From Promicromonospora sp. NPDC023805 (GTDB taxonomy: Bacteria > Actinomycetota > Actinomycetes > Actinomycetales > Cellulomonadaceae), in assembly GCF_040639635.1 (NCBI RefSeq), contig NZ_JBFAAH010000012.1, positions 91,132 through 115,131 on the forward strand: a stretch of DNA of 24,000 nucleotides. Reading direction: 5' to 3'. Positions 8,996 through 16,807 of the stretch are shown one piece after another; position 1 is the first letter of the stretch; the number at the start of each line of letters is the position of its first letter. The translations under genes were made by a program, and so were the position numbers. Under the pieces are notes generated by a model, which was given only the letters and a program-made list of their open reading frames with translations, ran no database searches and had not been told where the DNA came from.

Positions 8996-11062
8996 GTGGA
9001 CTCGATGACCTACGGCCCGTTTACCGGCTCGTCCGCGCGGGGGGCCGGACCTGGAGACTCTGGCGGGTCCCCCGAGCCGCTGTTGCCACGGCCGTACGCG
9101 CGAAATGCGGACTCCGGGTCGACGGCCGCCCCCTTCGGTCCCGATGCGCAGGTAGCGGGAGGGGCTGCTGGCCCCGACATCGGGAGTGCCACCGACGACG
9201 GCGCCACCACGACGGACACCATAGGTATCGCCGCTGAGGTCGACCGGCTCGCCCGCGTACTGTGTGCGCACGCGACGACGCTGCCGCTCGCCGTCGCGAT
9301 TCTCGGCGACTGGGGAAGCGGAAAGTCCAGCTTTATGCAGATGGTGCAGGCGCGGGTGCACGATCTCGCCGGATGGCAGCAGAAGTACGCGCCGGTCGTC
9401 GGTGACCTGCCCGCCTACGCGGCCCGGGTGCGGCAGGTGCGGTTCAACGCATGGCACTACAGCGACGAATACGCGCTGGTCGGCATGGTGGACGAACTCT
9501 TCCGGGAGCTGGCGGACCAGAAAGTGATGAAACCGCCGGTGCCCCCTGCGGAGGTCACCAGGCTCCGCGCGGCCCGGGATACCGCTGCACGCGAGCTGCG
9601 GCACGCCGAGGAGCACCGGGAGGCAGTCGGTCACGACGGGCCCCGCTCACTCTGGTCGGTCCTCACATCGGGACGCCGAGGCCGGGCTGGTCTGGTCTGG
9701 TTGCTCGTCACACTCACCGCGATCCTCGTGGCCTGGCAGGGGGAGGCGATGTTCGCATGGCTGCCCGACGGCGTCGCCGAGGCCACCCGGTGGGTGGTGG
9801 CCGCGGTCGGCATCGCTGCGGGGGTGATCAAGTCCGTTCAGGGCTGGCGGGTGGCCCTTCGGACATGGCAGGCCACCGTCAAGGAGCAAGCCGTCGCAGC
9901 ACTGGAGCCGAACATCGGTGACCTGCGCGCGAGACGGGACTCGACGGAGCTCGCGTACCTCGCGGTCGACGCGACGGCCCGGCTCGCCGGTTTCCTCGAT
10001 CAGCAGCGGGACGGCGTGCAGTACGACACCTACCGCGGGGCTGTCGGCCTGGTCTACCGGAACCTCGAGGAGCTGGCGCAGAAGATCGCCGACGACGCAG
10101 GACAGCAGACGGAGCGGGAGGAGCGCGACGGACCGGCCGTCTCGATCGACCGCATCGTGCTGTACGTCGACGACCTCGACCGGTGTGCACCGGAAAGGGT
10201 CGTTGAGGTGCTCCATGCCGTCAATCTGCTGCAGGTGCTGCCGCTGTTCGTCGTGGTGGTGAGTGTGGATGCGCAGTGGCTGCGCAGGTCCCTCGCGTTT
10301 CATGATCGCGCGATGTTCGGCGACGGCCCGAGCGTGCTCGGCGCGCGCGTGGGCGATCCTCTCGACTACCTCGACAAGATCTTCCAGATCCCATACTCGT
10401 TACCACCGATGGGACGCGAGGGGGCAGCCGGACTTGTGCGAGCGCTCGTCGGAGAGACATCGCCGGGCTCCGCCGACCGCGCCGCCCGAAATGCCCGGTC
10501 GGACGACACGGCCGCCGAGCGGGTCCCCGGTGCGTGGGACGTCGACGGTGAGTCCGGCCTCGGCGGACGGGACATGCGGCTCGCTCCCGGCGAGGAGGAT
10601 CTCCTGGCTGCGGTGGCCGCCGTCGTGCGCACTCCGCGAGGCGTGAAGAAGCTGGTCAACCTGTACCGGCTCGTTCGGGTGGGGCCGCAGGCACTCGCTG
10701 ATCCTGCGTTTGCCGACCCGGAGGTCGGCGCTGGCCGCGCCGTCGCGCTGCTCCTTGCGGCCGTCGTTGGCATGCCCGCCGCCGCCCCCAGACTGCTGAC
10801 GGCCCTGTCCTCCAGTGAGGGCACGCTGCCAGAAGCTCTCGCCGCGGCCGCCGCCCGCCACCGCTCCGAGGGTGAGCATGAGTGGCCCGAGCGGTGCGGT
10901 CCGTGCGCTGACCTGGAATGGCTGGGCACGGAGATCGGGGCACTGCTGAGGAGGAAACAGGTGCCGGAGGCTGCTGCCGACTACCGCCCCTGGCTGAGTG
11001 AGGTCGCGCGGTACTCGTTCCACTCGGCGCGGTTTCGTGATCTGCTCGCCGACGCGTCCTGA
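8996..11062 (+). CDS. KAP-family P-loop NTPase with internal transmembrane segment
   Basis: Walker A AILGDWGSGKSSFM, Walker B RIVLYVDDLDRCAPERVVEVLHAVNLL, WHYSDEYALVGMVDELFREL, hydrophobic pair LVWLLVTLTAILVAW / ATRWVVAAVGIAAGV inserted between the Walker motifs, characteristic of KAP NTPases. Alternative start ATG 9005. Confidence 0.85.
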   Translation: MDSMTYGPFTGSSARGAGPGDSGGSPEPLLPRPYARNADSGSTAAPFGPDAQVAGGAAGPDIGSATDDGATTTDTIGIAAEVDRLARVLCAHATTLPLAVAILGDWGSGKSSFMQMVQARVHDLAGWQQKYAPVVGDLPAYAARVRQVRFNAWHYSDEYALVGMVDELFRELADQKVMKPPVPPAEVTRLRAARDTAARELRHAEEHREAVGHDGPRSLWSVLTSGRRGRAGLVWLLVTLTAILVAWQGEAMFAWLPDGVAEATRWVVAAVGIAAGVIKSVQGWRVALRTWQATVKEQAVAALEPNIGDLRARRDSTELAYLAVDATARLAGFLDQQRDGVQYDTYRGAVGLVYRNLEELAQKIADDAGQQTEREERDGPAVSIDRIVLYVDDLDRCAPERVVEVLHAVNLLQVLPLFVVVVSVDAQWLRRSLAFHDRAMFGDGPSVLGARVGDPLDYLDKIFQIPYSLPPMGREGAAGLVRALVGETSPGSADRAARNARSDDTAAERVPGAWDVDGESGLGGRDMRLAPGEEDLLAAVAAVVRTPRGVKKLVNLYRLVRVGPQALADPAFADPEVGAGRAVALLLAAVVGMPAAAPRLLTALSSSEGTLPEALAAAAARHRSEGEHEWPERCGPCADLEWLGTEIGALLRRKQVPEAAADYRPWLSEVARYSFHSARFRDLLADAS

Positions 11063-11120
11063 GTGTGGTCGTCGTGTTCTGGCCGCTCTCTTTACCGCCC
11101 TTCCTCACGCTGCGGCAAGC

Positions 11121-11152
11121 CCGGCCCGCCGCCCAGAGGAGCGGCGGGCCGG
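11121..11152. terminator. perfect 12-bp-arm hairpin between convergent genes
   Basis: CCGGCCCGCCGC (11121-11132) - 8-nt loop - GCGGCGGGCCGG (11141-11152), between the ends of the KAP NTPase gene (+) and the PAS-ANTAR gene (-). Confidence 0.6.
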
Positions 11153-11183
11153 TTACCTGCGAGGGCTCGGCGGACGGGCCGGG

Positions 11184-11972
11184 TCAGCCCTTGGACTTGC
11201 CCGCGGTCCTGCGCGGCCGCCGGGTCAGCAGGGGGTCGTGACCCCGCGGCCGGCTGACGGGGTGGACGGTGGCGAACGCCTCGTCCAGGACGTCCGGTGT
11301 CGCGATCGCGCCGTCACCCCGGGCCTGGAGCGCCGTCATCACCTGCTCTGCCGCCAGCCGCAGGGATACTCCCGCGTCCCGCGCGGCGCTGACCAGGAGC
11401 TCCGTGGCCTTCGCCTCGTCGACTCCCCGTACCGCCACGATGACACCCTTGACCTGCTCGATCGTGGCCTGGCTGACGAAGGCGCGGTTCACCACGGACT
11501 CCGACCGGCGGTCGAGCGCCTCCTTCTGGACCGGCGTGACGTCGACGACGTAACCGACCAGCTGCGGCGACCGGCTGCGGGCGCTCTGCGAGCCCTGACC
11601 GGTGACGACCACCGATCGGGTCCGGCCGCTCCGGTCCACGATCCGGTGTGCGCACGCGAAGGGCCTACCGAGCCGGAGGGCCTCCCCGGCGGCCCGGACC
11701 ACGCGGGCCCGGTCGTCGGGGTGCTTGCGGGAGCGAAGCGCCTCGAGCCCCGGCTCGATCTCGTTCTGCTTCCATCCGTGCATGGTGTAGACCTCGTCGG
11801 ACCACCACCAGGTGCCGGAGGCAAGGTCGACGCTGTACCGGCCGACCAGAAGGTTGGTTCCCAGGCCGAGGGCGCGAGTCAGATCTGCCGCGGAAAAGCC
11901 CTGCGTGCTGGCTCCGGCGTCGTTCCCGGCCACTTCGGCGAAGTCCGTCTCGAGCTGAGTGACGGTTGACAT
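11184..11972 (-). CDS. PAS and ANTAR domain-containing regulator (putative RNA-binding antiterminator)
   Basis: PAS-like region GRYSVDLASGTWWWSDEVYTMHGW...HPDDRARV..., ANTAR-like region FVSQATIEQVKGVIVAVRGVDEAKATELLVSAARDAGVSLRLAAEQVMTAL; GGGAGG RBS. Confidence 0.85.
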   Translation of the reverse strand: MSTVTQLETDFAEVAGNDAGASTQGFSAADLTRALGLGTNLLVGRYSVDLASGTWWWSDEVYTMHGWKQNEIEPGLEALRSRKHPDDRARVVRAAGEALRLGRPFACAHRIVDRSGRTRSVVVTGQGSQSARSRSPQLVGYVVDVTPVQKEALDRRSESVVNRAFVSQATIEQVKGVIVAVRGVDEAKATELLVSAARDAGVSLRLAAEQVMTALQARGDGAIATPDVLDEAFATVHPVSRPRGHDPLLTRRPRRTAGKSKG

Positions 11973-12091
11973 ATGAACCTCCCAGATCCCCTGCGGACCT
12001 GGAGCCGCTTCATGACCCCGAGTCTCAGAGTATAGAGGGGTTCGGACGATTCGGACAGTCGGGGTCTCAAGATTCCTCTCGAAACCGCAGG

Positions 12092-13246
12092 TCAGGCCCC
12101 TGTCATGGGTGCGTCATCGAGGGGTGCGAGCAGGGCGGACGCGCCGTCCTCCCAGCGGCCGAGCGCGTACGCGCCGACGTCCCCCTCGATGGCCAGGCAG
12201 GCGGCGGCTCCGAGCAGGACGTCGTCGCGGATCGCGGGATCCTGCTCGACGAGCTTGCCCGCGAGGTCGCGCGCGGCGATCTGCTCGTGCACCGCGTCGG
12301 CCTCCACGTGCTCGTCGAAGTACCGCGTCGTGTCGGTGCCGTGCCCGAGGCGCCGGAAGCCGGTGCTGTACAGGCGGCTGGGGATCGACGACGTGATCTC
12401 GTACGCGGCGAGATGGCCGACTATCGCGCCCCGGAGCCGCCGGTGCAGCGCGAAGAGCGACATGGTGTTCAGCGAGACGAGCGCCGGTGTGGGGGCGACG
12501 TCGAGGTAGGCGCCGTAGGTGTCGTCGAGCCCGGCGCTGCGCATGGTGGCGGCGAAGAGCTCGGAGTGCAGGTAGCCCGGCCGGCCGCCACCGTACTCGT
12601 CGGCCTGGATCTCCACGAGCGCGGCCTTGGGCGTGCCGTACAGCCGAGGGATCGCCCAGGTGTGCGGGTCGGCCTCCATCAGCTGGTAGACCGACCGCAG
12701 GGCCAGGAACTCACGGGCCTGCCCGGCGGTGGCGCGCCTGGCGAGGTAGCGCGAGAGGCTGGGGCTGTCGTCGGCCTCGGCCAGCTCGAACAGCCGCTTC
12801 GCGACGCCGGCGGCGTCGGTCTCCTCGCAGACGGGCCGTCCGGCGCGCGTCCGGACCGCCGCCTCGAAGGGCCGCTCGAGCGACTGTCGCACCGCGAGCA
12901 GCGCCGGTTCCCACTCCCACTCGTCGTCGACGCCGTCCACACCACGGTGGTGCAGCTCGTACATGACAGTGAGGGCGAGCTGCAGGTCGCCGTCGTGCAG
13001 GACGGCGAGCTCGTCGGCGTGCTCGGCGTTCTGCAGCGCGTCCGCGGCCGCGGCGCGCATTGGCTCCAGCCGGGCGTGGGCGTCGTCGGCGGGCGGTCCC
13101 GCGGTGAGCGCGGTGATCAGCGCGGAGCTCACCGGACCGCGCGGACGGGGGAGGGGGAGGCGGGCGGCGTTCCCTGTAGCAGGCACGGCCCGCCGGCCGG
13201 CGTCGTCGTTCGTGGATGTGTGCTCCCGCACAGGGGTCGAGGTCAT
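12092..13246 (-). CDS. iron-containing redox enzyme family protein (haem-oxygenase-like fold)
   Basis: LTVMYELHHRGV, EIQADEYGGGRPGYLHSELFAATMRSAGLD, RYFDEHVEADAVHEQIAARDLAGKLVEQDP: E/H patterns of haem-oxygenase-like iron-containing enzymes. Start chosen at MTSTPV (13246) with AGGAG RBS; ORF extends to 13369. Confidence 0.75.
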   Translation of the reverse strand: MTSTPVREHTSTNDDAGRRAVPATGNAARLPLPRPRGPVSSALITALTAGPPADDAHARLEPMRAAAADALQNAEHADELAVLHDGDLQLALTVMYELHHRGVDGVDDEWEWEPALLAVRQSLERPFEAAVRTRAGRPVCEETDAAGVAKRLFELAEADDSPSLSRYLARRATAGQAREFLALRSVYQLMEADPHTWAIPRLYGTPKAALVEIQADEYGGGRPGYLHSELFAATMRSAGLDDTYGAYLDVAPTPALVSLNTMSLFALHRRLRGAIVGHLAAYEITSSIPSRLYSTGFRRLGHGTDTTRYFDEHVEADAVHEQIAARDLAGKLVEQDPAIRDDVLLGAAACLAIEGDVGAYALGRWEDGASALLAPLDDAPMTGA

Positions 13247-13490
13247 GTGGAGGCTCCTCATCTCGCACCGGCCGCGCCTCTCCTCGACGCCGCGCCCATA
13301 GTGCGCATGATGCTGCCGACTCGCGAGGTGTGCACCCGGACAAGCTGTCGGGTTGCGAGTGCAACTCACCGTCTTACGTTGGGGCCGAGGTCAGGAAGAG
13401 GCCGCACCGGTGGAGCACGGGCCCGCCGAGGCTCGTGCTCGCCCCGCCCGGTCGCACTCCGGGCGAGGAGGACGACGACAGGAGTCCGAC

Positions 13491-14228
13491 ATGAGTGGAA
13501 CGGACATTCCGTACGGTTCAGGGGCCGGTTCGCAGCGAACCTGGGAGCCCGGCAGCGAAACAGGCAGCACCGGCACGGAGACGACAGGCGTCAAGGAACG
13601 AGCCGGCGCGGCAGCGTCTCAGCTGGGTGAGGCGGGCCGCGAGACGGTTCGTGAGGCAAAGGAGCGTGCGCACGACGTCGCTCACGAGGCGGGCGACCGC
13701 ACGCGTGGGCTGGTCGACCGCACCAGGAACGAGCTCAGTTCCCAGGTGGCGTCGCAGCAGCAGCATCTCGCGGGCGGGCTCCGTGCGCTGGGGGACGAGC
13801 TGGGCCAGATGTCCAGCGGGACGCAGGACCCCGGCTACGCGACCGACCTGGTGCAGCGCGCCGGGGCGGCTACCGGCCACGTCGCGCAGTGGTTCGAGGA
13901 CCGCGAGCCCGGCGACGTCCTGCACGAGGTCGAGGACTTCGCCAGGCGCCGGCCGGGCATGTTCATCCTGATGGCGGCGGGCGCGGGCCTGCTCGTCGGG
14001 AGGTTCCTGCGCGGTGCGAAGGACGCGCCGAGCGGTGACGCCTCCGGCGGTGACACGTCCGGTGGCGCCGGTGCCGGTGCAGCGGCCGGGTACGACGTCG
14101 GCCGGACGCCCGCCACGAACGTGAGCGAGCCGCCGCCGGCCTTCGCGCCGCCGGCCGCTGACGGCGTCCGCCCGCAGGCCACCCGTCCGCAGACCCTCGG
14201 GGGTGAGCGCGATGTCGAGTTCCCGTGA
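13491..14228 (+). CDS. hypothetical membrane-associated protein of the holin/DUF3618 cluster
   Basis: Start at MSGTDIPYG (ATG 13491, preceded by GGAG) within ORF 13353..14228; amphipathic helical repeats (VKERAGAAASQLGEAGRETVREAKERAHDVAHEAGDRTRG) then RRPGMFILMAAGAGLLVGRFLRG membrane anchor. Confidence 0.7.
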   Translation: MSGTDIPYGSGAGSQRTWEPGSETGSTGTETTGVKERAGAAASQLGEAGRETVREAKERAHDVAHEAGDRTRGLVDRTRNELSSQVASQQQHLAGGLRALGDELGQMSSGTQDPGYATDLVQRAGAATGHVAQWFEDREPGDVLHEVEDFARRRPGMFILMAAGAGLLVGRFLRGAKDAPSGDASGGDTSGGAGAGAAAGYDVGRTPATNVSEPPPAFAPPAADGVRPQATRPQTLGGERDVEFP

Positions 14229-14661
14229 CCCGTTCGCCGCGTCCAGCGTGGCGCCGCAGGTGACGACCACCGGCCGGGACGACCGGAGCGTCGGGGAGCT
14301 GGTCAGCGAGGTCAGTCGTGACCTCTCGACGCTGATCCGGCAGGAGATCGAGCTCGCGAAGGCCGAGGCGACGCAGTCCGCCAAGCGTGCGGGGAAGGGC
14401 GCCGGGATGTTCGGCGGCGCGGGGGTGGCGGGCCACATGGTCCTGCTGTTCCTGTCGCTCGCCCTGTGGTGGGCGCTCGGCACCGTGATGGGCGGCGGCT
14501 GGTCCGGGCTGGTCGTGGCCGCCCTCTGGGCAGTGGTCGCCGCGGTGCTCGCCGCGCGCGGGCGCAGCGAGATCAAGGCGGTGGAGGGGCTGCCGCGGAC
14601 CGCCGACTCGGTCAAGAAGATCCCCGATGCACTTCGAGGACACGAGGAGAAGAACTCATGA
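14212..14661 (+). CDS. phage holin family-like membrane protein (Phage_holin_3_6 / DUF1469 type)
   Basis: SVGELVSEVSRDLSTLIRQEIELAKAEATQSAKRAGKGAGMFGGAGVAGHMVLLFLSLALWWAL...; overlaps the upstream gene and couples by ATGA to the DUF3618 gene. Alternative start GTG 14203. Confidence 0.8.
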   Translation: MSSSRDPFAASSVAPQVTTTGRDDRSVGELVSEVSRDLSTLIRQEIELAKAEATQSAKRAGKGAGMFGGAGVAGHMVLLFLSLALWWALGTVMGGGWSGLVVAALWAVVAAVLAARGRSEIKAVEGLPRTADSVKKIPDALRGHEEKNS

Positions 14662-15284
14662 GCACCAGCGATCCCAACGAGATCCGGGAAGACATCGAGC
14701 GCACGCGCGCGGAGCTGAGCCATGACGTGGACACGCTCGGCGACCGGGTGACGCCCAGCCATGTCGTGGAGCGCCAGAAGGAGAAGGTGCGGGCCCGCGT
14801 GACCGACGTCAAGGAGCGGGTGATGGGCAAGGCGCACGACACCATGGACTCCGCGGGCGGCACTACGCACGACCTGGCGGACAGGGGGCGTGAGAGGGCT
14901 TCGTCGGTTGCCGACTCGGCCCGGCACACGGCCTCGTCCGCCGCGGACTCCGTCCGGTCTGCCCCGCGTGCGGTGCGGGAGCAGACGCAGGGCAACCCGC
15001 TCGCCGTGGGTCTGGTGGCCTTCGGCGTGGGGCTCGCGGTCGCGTCGCTGCTCCCGTCCACCCGCGCCGAGCAGCGTGCGGCCACCGCCGCGAAGGAGAA
15101 GGCGGCGCCGCTGGTCGACGACATCAGGTCGACGGCGAGCGAGGTCGTGCACGACCTCGAGGAGCCCGCGAGGGAGAGCATGGAGGCCCTCCGCGACGCC
15201 GCGAAGGATGCGGCGCAGCAGGTCGGCCAGCACGGGCGGGAGTCCGTGGCCGACGTCCGCTCGCAGGCGACCGGTAACGGCTGA
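14658..15284 (+). CDS. DUF3618 domain-containing protein
   Basis: Start ATG 14658 within ORF 14466..15284; MSTSDPNEIREDIERTRAELSHDVDTLGDRVTPSHVVERQKEKVR is the characteristic DUF3618 N-terminus; C-terminal part has a membrane anchor. Confidence 0.85.
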   Translation: MSTSDPNEIREDIERTRAELSHDVDTLGDRVTPSHVVERQKEKVRARVTDVKERVMGKAHDTMDSAGGTTHDLADRGRERASSVADSARHTASSAADSVRSAPRAVREQTQGNPLAVGLVAFGVGLAVASLLPSTRAEQRAATAAKEKAAPLVDDIRSTASEVVHDLEEPARESMEALRDAAKDAAQQVGQHGRESVADVRSQATGNG

Positions 15285-15296
15285 CCCACCGCCGGG

Positions 15297-15329
15297 CTGG
15301 TGCCGGCCGGTGCTGCCGGCCGGCACCAG
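15297..15329. terminator. perfect 14-bp-arm hairpin
   Basis: CTGGTGCCGGCCGG (15297-15310) - TGCTG - CCGGCCGGCACCAG (15316-15329) directly after the DUF3618 stop; no T-tract. Confidence 0.55.
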
Positions 15330-15353
15330 TCGGCGTCTGCCCTGGGAGACGAC

Positions 15354-16526
15354 ATGAGCGACAGCAACGACGCGGTACCTCGAACCGACACGGCGAAGCG
15401 GACCGGCGCGGCGAAGCGGACCGACGCAGCGAACCGGACCGACACTGCAGAACGGACCGACGACACTGCAGAGCGGACCGACGCGCCGGCGCCCGACGAT
15501 CAGCGGAAGCCGGAGTCCCCGCCGGCGCTGCACGGCCGGACGTGGACGTACGTCCTGCGGAACAGCGTGCGGCAGTTCTCGCGCGACCAGTGCACCGACC
15601 TGGCCGCGGCGCTGACCTACTACGCGGTGCTCGCGGCGGCACCCGCGCTGCTCGCGCTGGTCTCGGTGCTCGGTCTCGTGGGCAACGGAGGCCAGGCGGT
15701 CGAGCGGGTGATCGGCACGATGGACGGCGTGCTGCCGCCCGACGTGCTGTCCGTCGTCGAACCGCTCGTCCAGAACGCCGCCGGTGGCGGCGGCAAGGCC
15801 GGGTTCGCTCTGCTCCTCGGTGTGGCGCTGGCCCTGTGGTCCGCCTCCGGGTACGTCGGCGCCTTCGGGCGTGCGATGAACCGGATCTACGAGATCGACG
15901 AGGGTCGACCCGTCTGGAAGCTTCGCCCCGTGATGCTGCTGGTCACGCTCGTGGCCGTCGTCATAGCGGCGCTGATCGTGGCGGCGGTGGCGCTCAGCGG
16001 GCCGGTCGCGCAGGCGGTCGGTGACGCCGTCGGCCTCGGTTCGACCGCCGTGACCGTCTGGAGCATCGCCAAGTGGCCGGTGGTGCTGCTGCTCGTCGTG
16101 GTGCTCGTGGCGATCCTCTACCACGTCACGCCGAACGTGCGGCAGCCCAGGATGCGCTGGCTCAGCGTCGGTGCGTTCGTCGCGATCCTGGTGTGGGTGC
16201 TCGCGTCCGCCGCGTTCGCGCTGTACGTAGCGACGTTCTCGAGCTACGACGCCACGTACGGGTCGCTCGCCGGCATCATCGTGTTTCTCCTGTGGCTGTG
16301 GATCACCAACCTCGCGCTGCTGTTCGGCGCGGAGCTGGACGCAGAGCTCGAGCGGGGCCGTGAGCTCCAGGGCGGCATCGCCGCCGAGGAGACGGTGCAG
16401 CTGCCGCCCAAGGACGCCCGCGCGAGCGAGAAGCGGGAGGCGAAGCGCCTCAAGGAGGTGGAGCGCGGCCGTGCGCTGCGGCTCGCGGCGGAGCGGGACG
16501 GCGCAAACAAGGACGACCGAGCCTGA
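15354..16526 (+). CDS. YihY/virulence factor BrkB family membrane protein
   Basis: Start ATG 15354 within ORF 15300..16526; FSRDQCTDLAAALTYYAVLAAAPALLALVSVLGLVG, SASGYVGAFGRAMNRIYEIDEGRPVWKLRPVMLLVTL, VLASAAFALYVATFSSYDATYGSLAGIIVFLLWLWITNLALLFGAELDAELER. Confidence 0.92.
   Translation: MSDSNDAVPRTDTAKRTGAAKRTDAANRTDTAERTDDTAERTDAPAPDDQRKPESPPALHGRTWTYVLRNSVRQFSRDQCTDLAAALTYYAVLAAAPALLALVSVLGLVGNGGQAVERVIGTMDGVLPPDVLSVVEPLVQNAAGGGGKAGFALLLGVALALWSASGYVGAFGRAMNRIYEIDEGRPVWKLRPVMLLVTLVAVVIAALIVAAVALSGPVAQAVGDAVGLGSTAVTVWSIAKWPVVLLLVVVLVAILYHVTPNVRQPRMRWLSVGAFVAILVWVLASAAFALYVATFSSYDATYGSLAGIIVFLLWLWITNLALLFGAELDAELERGRELQGGIAAEETVQLPPKDARASEKREAKRLKEVERGRALRLAAERDGANKDDRA
15384..15476 (+). repeat. 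imperfect tandem repeat, 18-bp unit (5 copies, one expanded to 21 bp)
   Basis: Encodes TDTAKR-TGAAKR-TDAANR-TDTAER-TDDTAER in the N-terminal tail of the YihY/BrkB protein. Confidence 0.85.
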
Positions 16527-16536
16527 GGGAGATTGC

Positions 16537-16788
16537 ATGACGACGTTCGACGAGTCCCTGACAGCCCACGCGGACGAGGCAACCGGCGGTGCTGCCCCGG
16601 AGGTCACGGTGACGGCCTGCCCCGACGGGCCGCTGCTGCTGCGCGGCCCGGCGACGATCCTCGGCCCGGACGGCGAGCCCGTGGAGCGCCGTCGGGCCAC
16701 CGTGGCCCTGTGCCGCTGCGGTGGCACCGCCATCGCACCGTGGTGCGACGGGACGCACAAGGTGAACGGCTACCGCTCGACGGACTAG
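16537..16788 (+). CDS. CDGSH-type iron-sulfur domain protein
   Basis: CRCGGTAIAPWCDGTH matches CxCxx(S/T)xxxPxCDG(S/A/T)H. Start ATG 16537 with GGGAG upstream. Confidence 0.9.
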   Translation: MTTFDESLTAHADEATGGAAPEVTVTACPDGPLLLRGPATILGPDGEPVERRRATVALCRCGGTAIAPWCDGTHKVNGYRSTD

Positions 16789-16807
16789 CGCGCGACCACC
16801 GCGCTAG
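16785..16807. terminator. perfect hairpin overlapping both convergent stop codons
   Basis: CTAGCGCG (16785-16792) - CGACCAC - CGCGCTAG (16800-16807); contains TAG 16786-16788 (+ gene stop) and CTA 16804-16806 (stop of the - gene). Confidence 0.6.

Noticed and set aside
11966-13630. 554-aa plus-strand ORF (and 10998..11969 +)
   Set aside because: Antisense shadow of the redox enzyme and ANTAR genes; low-complexity composition.
13518-16760. 1080-aa minus-strand ORF
   Set aside because: Antisense to five well-supported plus-strand genes; biased Arg/His/Pro/Gly-rich composition typical of shadow ORFs in high-GC DNA.
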